Positions 23,201 through 37,348 of a DNA stretch of 64,000 nt are shown piece after piece. A program made the position numbers and the translations under genes. The notes below the pieces were generated by a model. That model was given only the letters and a program-made list of their open reading frames with translations. It had not been told where the DNA came from and searched no databases. Every line of letters begins with the position of its first letter. Positions within the stretch are counted from its first letter, which is position 1. The DNA is from Lytechinus pictus (lineage: Eukaryota). The stretch is taken from NCBI RefSeq assembly GCF_037042905.1, contig NC_087259.1:21204001-21268000 (forward strand), in the 5' to 3' direction.

Positions 23201-26200
23201 ATAACTGGAGAATTCATAAAGATACTAACAGGCACCATAAAGGTACGGTAAATATCAAGTAAGGTCATGGAAAGAGAAGATTTGTATTAATATGGTATAA
23301 ACTAAAACTTGAGATTAGACAGTGCAACCATTCCTAACAGGTGGGAAGGATAGTATACAAAGGGCACATGAAAGTAATCAAAGCAGGTGATGCAAACTTC
23401 AGATATCGGTTGCAATTTTTAAATGAATAAGAAGTTTCATACTGCAACTCGATTTATTCTGTCTGTTGTTGAGCAATCATATGCAAATAATTTGCAATTG
23501 GTTTTGATTTATTTTTATAAGTCCTAAATTGACTTGCAATCGATTCTTGTAATTCTCAAGAAAGAAACTTACAATGAAATGCAAGTCAATTTTACCACCC
23601 AAAGTCATGATTCTGACAGCTGATATCAATTCTTTTTAATTGGTGGCTGATTACTGGTCCTTTTTTCAGCATAACTGTATATTGATCTATCATTTGCAAA
23701 TTTTAAATTGACTTTTGCAGTTGATTGGGAAGGGTTTCTTGTGACACCCCCTAATCTTATTTGAACAGAAGGCTTTTGTTATTGCACAAACTACAGAATA
23801 GCATTATTGGTCATAAGAGAAAAGCTCTCAACTAAGTAATGTACAGTCCTATGTAAAAATTTGCAATACAAAAGACGTTAATGCATAGCAGTCTTTCAAA
23901 AATGTGGAGCAAATTGCAATGCAATACCAGGAAAATTATTCCCTGAACTAACATACTCCCCTGGAGATCTCATATTCATAGGTACTTGTACGTACTACAT
24001 GTACTATTTAAATACTAACCACAGGGTACTGAAAATCTACCTTAAGGATGTTTTTCACATTGGAATATTTCTAATATGAATCAATGCACATTAACGGTGG
24101 TTCATTTCAAACAAATCCCTCTAGTGTAACAGAGATTTATTTTTTCTTTTTATTTATTAAACTATGGATGTAATTTATTTCCTTTATGAAACATGTGTAT
24201 TTCATTTGGGTATTGTCATAAACTTTTGATTCAATTTCAACATGCTTTTTATAACAATCCATGAGCATTATTAAAATAAAATGTATCTTGAAATTGATTA
24301 TTGGAGACAATAACTACTATCTACTACTCCTAATACATGTAACTACCCTTTCTTGGTGTGTGTGTATGCATTCCTGTATTTAAACCCATTCTTCCATAAT
24401 AACTGTATAATTGTCATGTATACAAGCTTGTAAATTGAAGAAAAGTATATCTATCAGAATAATAACAACACAAATTGAAGGAGAACTAAATATTTAAAAA
24501 GCAATGTCACCATACTTTATGTATGCTATTACTGTAATGCATAAAAAGTGATAATTTTCCATCTTCCAATATTGGGAAGTATCTACATGTACCTTGCTTC
24601 TTGTGATATTCAAAGTGCATTACAGAATGTTGGTGTCCGAGTTTTTCAACATACATACCATACATGACATACCGTCTTGGCCCTGGGAAGCGGGGATGCT
24701 GGAGAACTCCCTAAGATTTACCTGGGGGTGCTGTGTGTGTTACCGGTACTCTCCATAGGCAGCACCCCCTGGAAATCTGTTTAATATGATGATAAATAGC
24801 AGAAATGTAACCCAAAACACCTACATTTTTAAGTGAAAACTTTTTTTTCTTTTCAAATTTCTCAAATTTTTTTTTTGGGGGGTGGGGTGCTTGTCAAATT
24901 TAAACCAGCACCACCTGTTAAAAAATAGTTCCCTGGACCCTGCATACCATCAGGCCATTTTAGGTCATACCATTTAAAATGAGGTGATTGGTGTGTGAAT
25001 GACATTCAATGACATACAACAATAATAGGTCATTTGAGGTCAATGTATAAGGAATGGTTTTTATCTTCTGTTGACATTATGAATTATCAACAAGCTTCAA
25101 TAAGTCCCCTTGAAATGTGTATCCATACATGTACTTGAGAGAAGTATGTTAGGCATAAAGTTCATGATTTAATGATAAAGCAATTTATCTGAAGGTCACA
25201 TGCAAGGTTATTGCTTCATTAGTCAAGAGAAAGGTTTTCAGTTCTATCCCTGTCCTACAGAAACAATAACTGGAAAAAAATATTACAGAATTGGGACAAA
25301 GAACATGCAATTCTCATAAATTTTCACTAAAAAAGGGCTTTATGAAAACTTTGCTTACCCAAATATAGTCTGACGAATGTTCAATTATTACCATGTCTTA
25401 AATTCATTTTTGTGACTACACCAATTTTTCTTTTATTTTTTTATTCCTGTGGATATACTACAATGTTGTGCAAAAAAATCCCTAGTTGGAATACATGACC
25501 AATCAGCTGTCTATAGAAAAAATAGAGAAAATGCAATAAGTAGATTGAGTAATACTAAAAGCCTCTCTTATTGAAAATAGATAGCATTGACCAAGTCTTG
25601 GAAGCTGTTATCATCAAAATACTTTTCAGCCAATGAGAGTATATTTTTTCATTTACATGTAATTCATTTTTCTGGAGCGTTGTGGCCCAGTGGATTAGTC
25701 TTCGGACTTTGAAACAGAGGGTCGTGGGTTCGAATCCCAGCCATGGCGTAATTTCCTTCAGCAAGAAACTGATCCACAGTGTGCTGCACTCAATCCAGGT
25801 GAGGTAAATGGGTACCGGTAGGAAGTAATTCCTTAAAAAGCTGTGTGCGCTATGAACGCCTAGCTTAGCCGGGTAATATAGGAGCGCCTTGAGCACCTAA
25901 CAAGGTGGATATGTGCGCAATATAAATACCCTTTATTAATTTATTTTGTTTATTATAAAGAATAAAGCACACGTTTAATATTTGTTTATCATTGATATTT
26001 TGGACAGTTGGAGAGACTTGATGAGCTTTCATGTATCCATGTTGCTGGGACTAAGGGAAAGGGCTCGGTCTGTGCCTTCACTGAGAGCATATTACGTGCA
26101 AGCGGTTTCAAGACAGGATTCTACAGGTAAGATTGTTTGTTTTTAAAGGAATATATAAATTTTTGGGATAAGCTGAAAAAATATTTTGAATTTCCCTTTT

Positions 26201-29200
26201 TTCATATAATGTAGAAAGAATATGGTTAAAAGTTCTAAATGTAACTTTAATTGTTATTCAAATGCACCCACGTGGGATGTTGAGAAAGGAGAATTTTTCT
26301 GATATATGGACAGAAAATATTGGACCATATTTTTTGTATGGTCCCATAAAATGCATTGCAACCAATGTTTGGGGAAGTGTGGAAATTTCAATATTCAGTA
26401 TTAAATCTGAACTCTGCCACCACTAACTGTGTGTGGATGAGTGAGCATATGTTTTCTAAAATGAGAAGCACTTGATCAGAGCTTTGGATTACCTTTGAAA
26501 ATGAAAGAAAAAAAAATACAAAGGCCAACTGATTTGCTGAACTGCTGCATATAAAATAATCATGCATGGTTGAATCGTGCCATTAATGGTAGTTGCCATG
26601 GTGATCTTGCTTAACAGCCAACATGACAGTTTTAAATGGAAGTGAAATCTGTGACTATTTAAGGACACCATCAATTGTAAGAATTTTACTTTAGAGAAGA
26701 CCCAGTTTTACACCTGTTTGAATCATGCCTAGTAAATACTAGATTATGTTTTTGTTCATTTTAATAAGTGTGCTGTTGTGATGGTAAATATTTGAGTTTA
26801 TACAATATGGCCTGGCTCAATTGTGTAAACTGAACGTCTGTTGAACTCTACACAAAAGAATACCGTAGAATATAGGTCAGATAATGTCGCCGTTATAGCA
26901 AGATTAAGACTACCAGGCATTGCAAGCAGCGTTTGACCAATGGCAAGTTATTATTTATTCCATTATCAATCATAAGTCTTGGAATTAATTGCAAATTTAT
27001 GATTGATTGGTTGTAAATATGCACGTATGCATCTTATAGCAGAAGTTCAACTTAATGTGCTGTTGTTAAAATTGACCAATGCACACTGTAGTTACTGATA
27101 TTTGCAAGCCATGGCAGTTTCTTGAAACACTTAAGGACGTTCCACAGTTATGTTTGTGCGCATTATTATCTGCGCATATTTTACACTCTGCGCGCTGACG
27201 TCACAATGGATGAATAGGTGATTAATTAGCTGTGGGTATGAATGGATTTTTCTCATCATCTGCACTGTAACTGCAGATCCGATGCATTATTTTATGAAGC
27301 TAAAAAACTTTAATTATTCCATGGACCATTTAAAAAAACATCTACAATTTTAAAATATTTTACTCTGCAGTGCTGCCAAAAATCACGAATATGACCCCGA
27401 GTTTGAATAAATGGTAGAGTGGTTTTGATTTTTTCTTCTCATAGATACAAAGCATTTGGCGCATTTTTGGTGTTTTAAAAAGCACATTTGCTCTAATGAA
27501 AATGCTGATAGTTTGAAAACAAGCACATGAAGCCCTATTTTTTAATGTTTGCACCTCTTAGGTATACCTTCCTCTACAACTTTGCAAATTTTGGTGTAAA
27601 TGACATGGATTTTGAATAAAGTGCAGCATTTATTGTACTTTTGTAGTTTGTAATTGAAATTTCACTTTTTTAGATTGGGTTTTTGTTATATTTTACGCCA
27701 TTTTTAAGAACTGACAGTGCTGTTAGACTTAAAATTGCAAACAAATAGCACTATAAATAGATTCTCCATTCTAACGATACACTTATTAACTCTCTTGCGA
27801 AATTTGATGACTTTTTCATGTATTTTGACTGAGTAATAGAGGTTTAAACTCATTGTAGTGATCTTGCGAGGTCTAAAAATGTCAAATTCCTTTGAATGCG
27901 CAATCCGTAAGAACATTCATTCGGGTGAACTTTGAAGCTCCATAGCAAAAAATCAAGCACATGGACCTATGTTAATTTTTGCATATTTCGAATATTCAGG
28001 TTCTAAAATATCTATGTGCAAAGTTTGTTGAAAATGACATGGATATCATTTTAACTGTGGAACGTCCTTAAATGCTTAAGTCGGTTTTGGTCTGTGAAAG
28101 TGCCTATCTTTAGGAAGTCAAACAAAATATGATGCTGATTTGATAGGAAGTCAGAGTGGAGTAAATAAGAAAAAGCTTGTCTGTGATATTGTACATGTAA
28201 TATGCAGAGGCGTCGATCCTGGGGGGGCAGGGGGGGCGATCGCCCCACCAATGAAAATATTGGGGGGCAAACATATCGTTTTGCCCCCCCCAATAATTCC
28301 GCATGTGTAAAAAATAAAATAAGATTGTAATGTTACACAGAAATCAGCAAGCGAGATTGAAATACACAACTCGTTCTTTATTTAAAATCATGCTCAAAAT
28401 GTCCGCTTTTCAGATTGGAATATAAAAATTTTCAGCTCGCATCATTTCTGTAGCAAAAACCCATACTTTTCATGATTAATAGGTGAATAGAATGTCCCGT
28501 TTTCAGTTCTAAGCCTCAAAATAACTTGCGGTTCGATTTGCAATAATCTTTTGTTGGATATATATCTTGTTCTTAATTAAAAACGTCCATTAAACTCAAT
28601 TTTTTTTCTGATCAAAATATCAAAATTTTCAGCTCGCGCTTCCCGCTCGCATCTATTGTTTTTTAGATACCCATCTTAATCATTGGTACCAAAAATGCAT
28701 AGAATATCAAGCTTACAGGTCAGAATATAAAGAAATTTCACCTCCGGCTCTCGGCACTCGCATTATCTGTGTAGTGAGATATGTATCCTCATGACAAACA
28801 GTCCTAAACAGGCACCTTTTTCCTGTTATCAGATCAGTATACAAAAAAATTTCAGCTCGCGCTTCGCGCTCGCATTAATTTGTTGGTGAGATATGTGNNN
28901 NNNNNNNNNNNNNNNNNNNNNNNNNNNNNNNNNNNNNNNNNNNNNNNNNNNNNNNNNNNNNNNNNNNNNNNNNNNNNNNNNNNNNNNNNNNNNNNNNNNN
29001 NNNNNNNNNNNNNNNNNNNNNNNNNNNNNNNNNNNTTTTGTGTGATCGAGCGCCTTTGGAAAGTTGATTCATGATTTTGCCCCCCCAATCTGAAAAATGG
29101 ATCGACGCCCCTGGTAATATGTACATTATTACGAACAAGCTTTTTCTTGATATATCTTGTTTTTAAAGCTGATGAAATAATAAAAAAGAGGGGTTCATTC

Positions 29201-32200
29201 TTTTTTTTCAAAGTTATAGAAAGCAGAAAAAGGGTGGCAGATTTGTTGTTGATTAAAATGGTTGAAAGTAGAACGGGGAAAGTTGTAACTTTGTTTTGCC
29301 TGAAAAAATTCTTTGTCTCAACATCCAGTGCACTCCACACCCATGGGGATACTGTTTGCATTCTTGGTATAGCTACAAAAACAAAATAAAAAACAATTTA
29401 GTTCTGAGCAGCTTTAGACATGCATATAATTTACCATTTACATTATTTTTTTCTGCCTGTATGACTGAGTGTTTATTCATGTATGAGCTATGATAGGTGC
29501 CTCCAGAGGTTTGAAGTGGTAAGATTGTGGTTATTGTTGATTGCGTTTATAGATATACAGGTAATAATTGTGCTGGTATCACATTGCAATTTGCTCCTCA
29601 TTTTTTTTAATACAATGACGACTACACACAAAGTCCTCGAGTAGATTCTTACATAGTACTGTACAAAACGTAATTGGGTATGTTTCTCATGTGACCAAAA
29701 ATGTTAATCAAAATTGGTAAGCAAAATCATTCCCTGATTTAGTAATGCACTGTTGCATTTCAGTTTAGTTTGAGATAATCAACTTTTTTATTCAGTGATA
29801 AGGAGACTGTATTACATGTATATCTCTATGGAATATAAGCCACTTTTCTTCAGCCTTTTTGTTATGTGCACTATCAGTACAGTACTGCTAGAAAAAAAAA
29901 TTCACAGAGCATACTGCCTAATTGTAGAACATCTGTTCACGGCATTTGATTATACAAATCCAAAAATAGGAAGGAAAGTCAATACAATACCATTTAGCTG
30001 CCATTGAAATATCATTTGTACTAGGCATGCCAGAAAAGAGTATGATAAACCCACTATGTATTCTTTGCAAGTAAAATAATCATTAATCTGTTATGACTTT
30101 GAAAATCATTGACAGAATTTATTTTAATGCACTGATATAGGCTACACTGTACATGTACACTTTCCATTTTACACAATGAATTCTAAAATTAAACATAACA
30201 AAATATCAACTCGTAAAACCATGTTTATCAGAAGTACATGTAGTATTATGATCAAGAGAATTTCTTTCTCTATTGCTATTTTATTTCCATTGTCCATGAG
30301 TACAGTATTATAGAGGTTGACCTTGGTGCTACCTATTTATAGGACATGTTTGATTCCTTGTTTTTTTTCTCGGGTGATAGAATAATGTTTTTAATTAATA
30401 CAGGTTCTTGAAAACTTGATAAAGGTAGTTTTGGAATGTTACTTTTTGTATTTTCAGTTGCCACACTATTTAGGGGTCAATTAATGTTGGTATACTTCTC
30501 TGGTAAAGATTGAACACACAGTATCATAACATTTAGTGCCATCTATTCTTTATGGTTTTTTTTTTTTTTTTTTTTCATCAGTTCTCCGCACTTGGTTGAA
30601 GTTAGAGAGAGAATCAGGATAAACGGTCAGCCCCTTCCTAAAGAAGACTTTGCCAAGCATTTCTTCACAGTTTACAGTCGACTAGAGGCATCCAAGGACG
30701 ATTATAATGGCAAAATGCCTCCTTATTTCAGGTTTCTGACACTGATGGCATTCCATACTTTTCTTGAGGAGAAGGTATGTAAAATAAAAGACCCAAAGAA
30801 GTATAAATCTTTAGAATTGAGGATGACATTAAATATAGATATTGAGATTTAAAAATATAAAGAAATAGACAGTCTTCAATTCCATATGATGGAATGAAAA
30901 AAAGGTGTTCATGATGCCAAATATGGAATAGATCTTGTGGTTGTAGCCACCAATTAAAAATGAATAAAATGATTGATTGANNNNNNNNNNNNNNNNNNNN
31001 NNNNNNNNNNNNNNNNNNNNNNNNNNNNNNNNNNNNNNNNNNNNNNNNNNNNNNNNNNNNNNNNNNNNNNNNNNNNNNNNNNNNNNNNNNNNNNNNNNNN
31101 NNNNNNNNNNNNNNNNNNNNNNNNNNNNNNNNNNNNNNNNNNNNNNNNNNNNNNNNNNNNNNNNNNNNNNNTGAGAAAGACTATGCAATAGAATTTCTTG
31201 ATTTTTTTTGTTTTTCATGCAATTGATATTGGAGATGGTTTTAATTATAAAAACAACTCTATTTTCAGGTTGACGTTGCTATCATGGAAGTAGGCATTGG
31301 TGGGGAGTATGACTGCACTAACATCATCAGGTAAAAAAAAAGAAGATATTATTTTCAAAACCTGTATGAAGATGAGTGATTTTGATAGAGTTGGTTTATT
31401 TTACCTGACTGCTAGCATGAATTCTTGAAAGTCAGATGCCACGGGAGTTATGGCTTTACATCCCCTCAGAGGGACATATCGATCAGGATTAAAGCCGAAT
31501 TTGAGAAGTCTCAGAGATTTGATTGAATTGATTGTTTGACATGTTACAAAAGGGCAATTCATAATTTACTATAGAATGTGTAGGAAGCAAGATTAAGCAT
31601 AATGACAAAGAAAACATTTTATGCAGTTAAAGGTAAATTCCAGTTCTGGTAACGATCTCAAAATGACTTTTTACAGAATCTAATATAATGACCACCCAAG
31701 TGTCTGTTTGTATGAATAAAAAGTATGTGCCAAAGGATTCTGGAAGAAATTGTGTAATTGCTGAGAAATAAGCAAAATAAGCGCGGATTCGGTCACTTCC
31801 GTTGGGTCTTTATTCCAGCAATAATACACTGTCCCACGTGTGCCTATCTGTGTTGGCGATCTTCAGTGAGATCGTATTTCAGCTTAGATTTTATGATTTC
31901 ACAAAGTTCAGTTTATGTAACAGTACCAGATCTAGATCCACGATGATATAGTCATACTTAACCTTGGTTTTACAGACTTTCTCACGAAATTAGTGTTTTA
32001 CTGCAACTACTGTAATTTAGCTTTAAGTTATTTGAAATGTGAGGAACCTATTGAAATCAATGCTGAAGTACCCCAAAGATTTCCCTGGGGGTGCTGCATG
32101 GATTATTCTCAATAGGCAGCAACCCTGGAATTCTGGAACGTGTGAAAAAAATGGAGAAATGTAACCAAAATGACCTCCATTTAAAAAAAAAAATTGTTCC

Positions 32201-35200
32201 TAAGGCCCAGTCATTGTTTGTGTAAATGTATGTCTCTAAACTTTTGATTGTGGTGAATCATTCATTGTAAATTGAGGACATTTGTATGAAAGCAGAGTGA
32301 ACTAAACAGTTTAAAACAATAAGATTAACATAGCAAAACTGGAGAAAATGGTAACAATGATACACAGTTCCTGTACTGCACACATCACATTATGATATAT
32401 TCTCCCTATGTGCTTCCAAATTGTCATTTATTTTTCTTTAGGAAACCAGTCGTAGTTGGGATCACATCGCTTGGTATGGATCATATTGGAGTCCTTGGCA
32501 ATACCATAGACAAGATTGCATGGCACAAAGCTGGCATTATCAAGGTAGGAAAAAGTATGATATTGTACCCCAATTTAAGGGTGGTGTTACAAGGGGGGGG
32601 GGGCACATCCTTGTTTTCTCAAGAGTGAAAAGAAGAAAACAAGGAAGGAAGAGAATAAAGAAGAGTTTAAAATGAGGGGTCTGGGTCGTGAAAAGTAAAT
32701 TTATAAATAAGAAAGTAAGTAAGTAAATAATACCACATTTAGGTGAATTTTTCCCCCTTTCAAAGTACTCTGGTATCATCCCTGCCCAATTCTGCATAGT
32801 GCTCTCGTCCACCTATACACAATGTGATTTTAATCAAACACGACATGCAATAAACATTGATTGCCTTTCAGAGAGATATGTACATGAATACAAAATCCAA
32901 ATCATAGTGAAAATTGTATGATTTTAGAAATGTGAGAATATTTGCAGCACAATTATTTATTGCAGACATTTTCAGTTTGATACTATTTATAGATTATTCT
33001 TTATATTCTTCAGGGGTGGGAGAGTTCAGATTTTTTTGTTTTGATTTTCAGCTTAATTTCAGCTTATTTTTGGCTTTCCTCTGTACAAAAAGTATGGGAG
33101 CTCATTCTATTTTAGACTTTTTAAATGCACTTCAGCTTTTTTCTGATCTTTTTATTTGTGACCACTCATGCCCCTGATTTTTCTTCAGCCCGTTGTTTTC
33201 CCTTTTTAATGTAACCTCTTATTTTTGCATTTTTACAGTCCGGCCGACCTGCGTTCACTGTTCCCCAACCCGAGAAGTCTATCCAAGTCATCAAAGATCG
33301 GGCGAGGGAAAAACAGGTATAACGCTTATCTCTAAGTTTGCTCTTTTCAATTTCAAGAGAATATTATTTTTCTATTTCAAGTAGAATGGTTCTTCCAGCT
33401 CCATTTTAGAATTATATTTTACTTAACCCATGTCTGTAATTGTGATGTTTAAAAAAAAAATAATGGTACCCATTGGTGCAAAGTTTTACCCGGTCTGAGG
33501 TGTCAAAATTTTATGTAGCTTCTAGTTATACAATATTGAGGTGATCTTTAGCTTTATCTCTAAAGAGATATTTGGTTTACAAACTTTGTATTTTTATCAC
33601 AAAATAATGGAAGCACTAAAGCTTGTAAGTTCTCTCAATATTTTTATATACTGCAGTATCAAGACATGATTTAGTAGTGAAAAGTTAATTTCACAAAATA
33701 ATACTAACATTTTACAAGAACCTAAATTCATTTTTTTCTGACCTTGCCCGTACATTTGTTCCTTGCAGGCATCTGTTCACGTAGTCCCGAGCCTGATGTC
33801 CTATGGTTTCCATGGTGATGACATCAATCTAGGACTTGCTGGGACACATCAGCACTTGAATGCAACCCTGGCCCTACAGCTGGCTAAAACATGGGTGACA
33901 GAGGAACGACCGGGAGAGATAGATTTTGATGGTGAGGGACTGCTCCTTATTCTTTCCGTATAATGTGTAATCACTCAATATCTTTGTTTCCATGTATATA
34001 TTTTGATGTATTCAGCTGTGATATTATGTAGAGTTGTTTGTATTCCAATGTATTTCAGTGATTATATTTTTTGCTGTTATGTATTTCTTTTGCCAAAATG
34101 TAATAGGTATTCAGATTTGTGAAACCATGTTTTCCCTAATGTTGTGTCTACATTCTTGCCAATGGGCTGTGAAACCTTGTATTTCAACATTTAAGAAATT
34201 TGACGACAGCTCAGAATAATTTTTTTTATAGAGTTTATGACATAGCAACATTTTTTTTGCCCAGAAAAAAGTTCTTTTTAGGATTTATGAGACTTTTCAA
34301 ACAAAATGAGGTTGCCTCCATTGCCTAAATTAAAAAATGCAGCTTTATCTAAGCTGTTTTAGATTTTTGTTAATTTTGAGGTGCAAGGTTTTAATGAACT
34401 ACCGACAATATGTCTGTTGAAGAAAAAATTTAAGAAAAATTTAAAACAATTAAAGAAGAGAGCAAAATTTTTGCCCAGTAACAAGTAAAAGTAACATGTA
34501 TGCAACGTTTCATTCCTTTTTCTTCATATTGTTTCTAATTCAGCTTTTTTTATCTTTCTCTCTTGAACTAGATGATGACGGTGAACTGTCTTGTAAGTAC
34601 CCTAGGATCGCTGACACGTCACCTGTCACGGACGAAGTACTGAATGGAGGAGACGTACCACAGGCTGAGCCGTTCACTTTACCCAAACAATTTATAAGAG
34701 GTGAGAATTTCATGCCTTTTCAGCATTCATATAATTTGACAAGGCATTTATCTACATTTGCCACTCTCCACCCAGGTGTAGTAAATGGGTCCCCAATGGG
34801 AAGTATTCCTTGAGTGCTTGATGCATCAATCAGGGTAGCCGTGCTTAAGCCGGGGTAATAGTATGCAGTGTTAAAAAACTTTCACTCATTATGAAGAATA
34901 TTTACGAGTAAAAAAAAAACTTCAACTCATGTAACCCCAGGTCTGACGTCATGCTACTGGCCCGGTCGTAACCAGATAATCCGGCGCGAGAAGGTCACCT
35001 ACTACCTGGACGGTGCTCACACGCCTCGTAGCATCAAGGCATGCTGTAAGTGGTTTAACAGGAGGGCTGAAGCGGAAGCAAGAGATCTGGAAGGGCCTGT
35101 TGCCAAGGTTCTCATCTTCAATACCACAGGGGACAGGGACGAGTACAGTCTGCTGCCAAAACTAGTGGTGAGTCCACTGGTGTTCTGGAGAGCATTGCAT

Positions 35201-37348
35201 GGAACGATATAAGCTACTGAAATCATTGCATCTGATTGGCTCAGAGCAAATTAATCAGTGAAAGTCACAGAGTTTTGGATTATCAAAGACTCCCCTGATT
35301 GGTGGGATGAGTGGATGTGGCAATATTTCAGGTTTCTGACAACTTTGGCATCCAATTCTTTCCTTAAATTTTCTTTTGTTTTCTATTCTTTCATTATCAG
35401 TTCTTGAATGCCTAAGCCTTGAGGAGTAATGTAGCTAAAAAGACCCGATGGCTGCAAATATGAAGGCTTATATACACTGTGCCAGGTCCTGGTCAAGTTT
35501 CTGATATTCACTTGTATACATGTAGATGATAGACACCAAAGAAGAATGTTTGAGTATTATATATGTATTTCTAAATAAAGCCTTGTAGATTAGAGTGTTT
35601 ATCACAAGATTGACCTCTTGAGTTTCAACATTATAGCAACAGCCTTTGGCAAGTTAATCTATTTTTTGCATTACCCCCAGGAGATACAAGTGGGCATCTT
35701 GTATAAATTACAATTTTTTATGCATTCATTATATTGATTTCTTATTGTTTCCGTGGTGATGGAATACATTATTTGAACACATTCCCTGATTAAAAGCATT
35801 TTTTTAGTACATTCCTTGAAATTTTTCTTGAAAAATTCATTTTCAAGATTTTTTTTTTTAGTAGAAAATATGTCTTATGAATAATGATTTAATGGACTTT
35901 GGCGAAAGGTTTATTATAGTCCAATGACGTCACCCAAGTGTGAAGTCATATGAATATGATTAAGACCTCGTATTGTATTTTTTTGTCGCTGTTTAGGAGT
36001 CTGGATTCCACGGTACTGTCTTCTGCCCAAACGTCATTAGTCTCTACAGTCATGAGACAACAGCAGGTAATAATATCACTCTTCATATAAAGAATCCACT
36101 CAACCATTTTAAAGTGCCAGAAAATTTGATATCTATAGGATTTGTTGATGAGTATCAGTATGACACCTATCATATTAAATAGTAGTGTTTAATATGGCTG
36201 ATATTAAATAACAGTATTCCGGCTTTTGGGAAAGGAAAAAAAATTGCCATTTTTAACCCGAGTAATCTTATTCATTAGAACAATTTTATGTAGTATTCAA
36301 AAAGGTAATTTAAGATTTCATATTTCTAGAAATTTCCTGGCAATTCGTTTCTATTTCTTGGCTCTCAGGTGACAGGTATGCTATGGGTTATCATAATTCA
36401 ATTTAAATTTTTACTGAAGCTTGCTGCTATAGTCAAAATATCCCAGCCCAAGTACTGAAGAGTTCTTATGGGCAATTTCTTTAAATTTGTACACTAAATC
36501 CACTCTATATGGGACCTTTCTGAAATGATTTGTCTGTGTTCTAGATCATCTGAATAGATGTCCTCAAATCATGATACTGCTCCCACTTCATGAAGTGCTG
36601 TAAAAATGGAAGTGGGAGTCAGATGTAGATTTATTACTTTCTGGAATTGTCCTTTGACATGATATTGCAACCCTCTCTGTAGGTCTTATGGCTAGCCAAT
36701 ATTTATGAAAAGATATTCAATAATTCCTGGCTGTATATGCTGTTGTATTTAAACTTGTATTCATGTTTTCTGAGAGAGTGAATTTGAAATCTGATAATTG
36801 ATATGATATTTTTTGTTGTGGTTTCAGACACGACCAATCATACTACGACCACGGAGAGACAAATGAATAGATGCGAAAAGAATTACATAGCTTTCCAGAA
36901 TCTTCTAAAACAACTTCAGACAGATGCTGCCTCCCCTGAAACTCCAACTGCTGCTCATGGAGATCCAAGTCACATTGAACACGTACAGGCCTCAGGGTCC
37001 CTCAATCAAGTGGTACAACACTCCCCTGTTGATCCAATGGATCAGCCCTCGAGCACTTGTGACCAAACAGGTGATAGAACACTGACTAGCAATCTGGATA
37101 GAACTGGTTCAAACCAGTTCGTGAATACCAAGATAGTGAAATTACCATCCATGACCGATGCTCTACAGTGGGCCGCATGTTGTAAAGACTCCCATCTGAG
37201 CTCTCCAAGTATACACGACCCCACCCCATCAAACCATGCAATATCGGCCAATCACATTCAAGTATTGATAACAGGAAGCCTCCATTTGGTTGGAGGGGTG
37301 ATCAGTATACTAGATCCCAAACTAGCATGCATGCCGAACTCTGAATAA
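20277..37348 (+). CDS. FPGS: Folylpolyglutamate synthase (mitochondrial/cytosolic), about 730 aa
   Basis: Exons 20277-20672, 23005-23136, 26008-26126, 30582-30774, 31269-31330, 32442-32544, 33239-33316, 33769-33931, 34572-34700, 34941-35167, 35997-36066, 36828-37348 (2193 nt, all phases consistent). Motifs: YQ|[13 protein letters not shown]-loop [79 protein letters not shown]. Confidence 0.97.
21860..22250. mobile_element. Harbinger-like MITE
   Basis: 27-bp TIR TACCCCTTTCATAAACCCAATAAAACA; TTA TSD; internal ttatccgca repeats. Confidence 0.85.
25674..25955 (+). mobile_element. Full-length tRNA-derived SINE
   Basis: A box TGGCCCAGTGG, B box GGTTCGAATCC, central tgctgcactcaa.ccaggtgaggtaaatgggtacc domain, (tta)-rich tail. 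Confidence 0.9.
27135..28067. mobile_element. Kolobok-type non-autonomous DNA transposon
   Basis: Perfect 16-bp TIR GGACGTTCCACAGTTA; TTAA TSD on both sides; purine-purine termini rather than piggyBac CC. Confidence 0.85.
28205..29113. mobile_element. hAT non-autonomous element with 8-bp TSD; contains an assembly gap
   Basis: TIR CAG(A/G)GGCGTCGATCC; perfect TSD GTAATATG; internal aattttcagctcgcgcttcgcgctcgcat repeats. Confidence 0.9.
28898..29035. other. Assembly gap (N run)
   Basis: Run of N. Confidence 1.
30981..31171. other. Assembly gap (N run) in an FPGS intron
   Basis: Run of N; the flanking exons join in frame, so no coding exon need be missing. Confidence 1.
31631..32022. mobile_element. 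Kolobok-type MITE
   Basis: Imperfect TIR AGGTAAATTCCAGT / ACTGTAATTTAGCT; TTAA TSD on both sides. Confidence 0.75.

Noticed and set aside
25674-25745. Apparent tRNA-Gln(TTG) gene; similar cases at 57685, 59670 and 17410
   Set aside because: The acceptor and anticodon stems pair poorly, there is no oligo-T terminator, and each continues into a SINE body.
28852-31218. ORFs containing long X runs
   Set aside because: They are artefacts of assembly gaps.
33317-33327. GTATAACGCTT donor as a possible U12-type intron
   Set aside because: It does not match GTATCCTT, and the acceptor has a normal U2 polypyrimidine tract.
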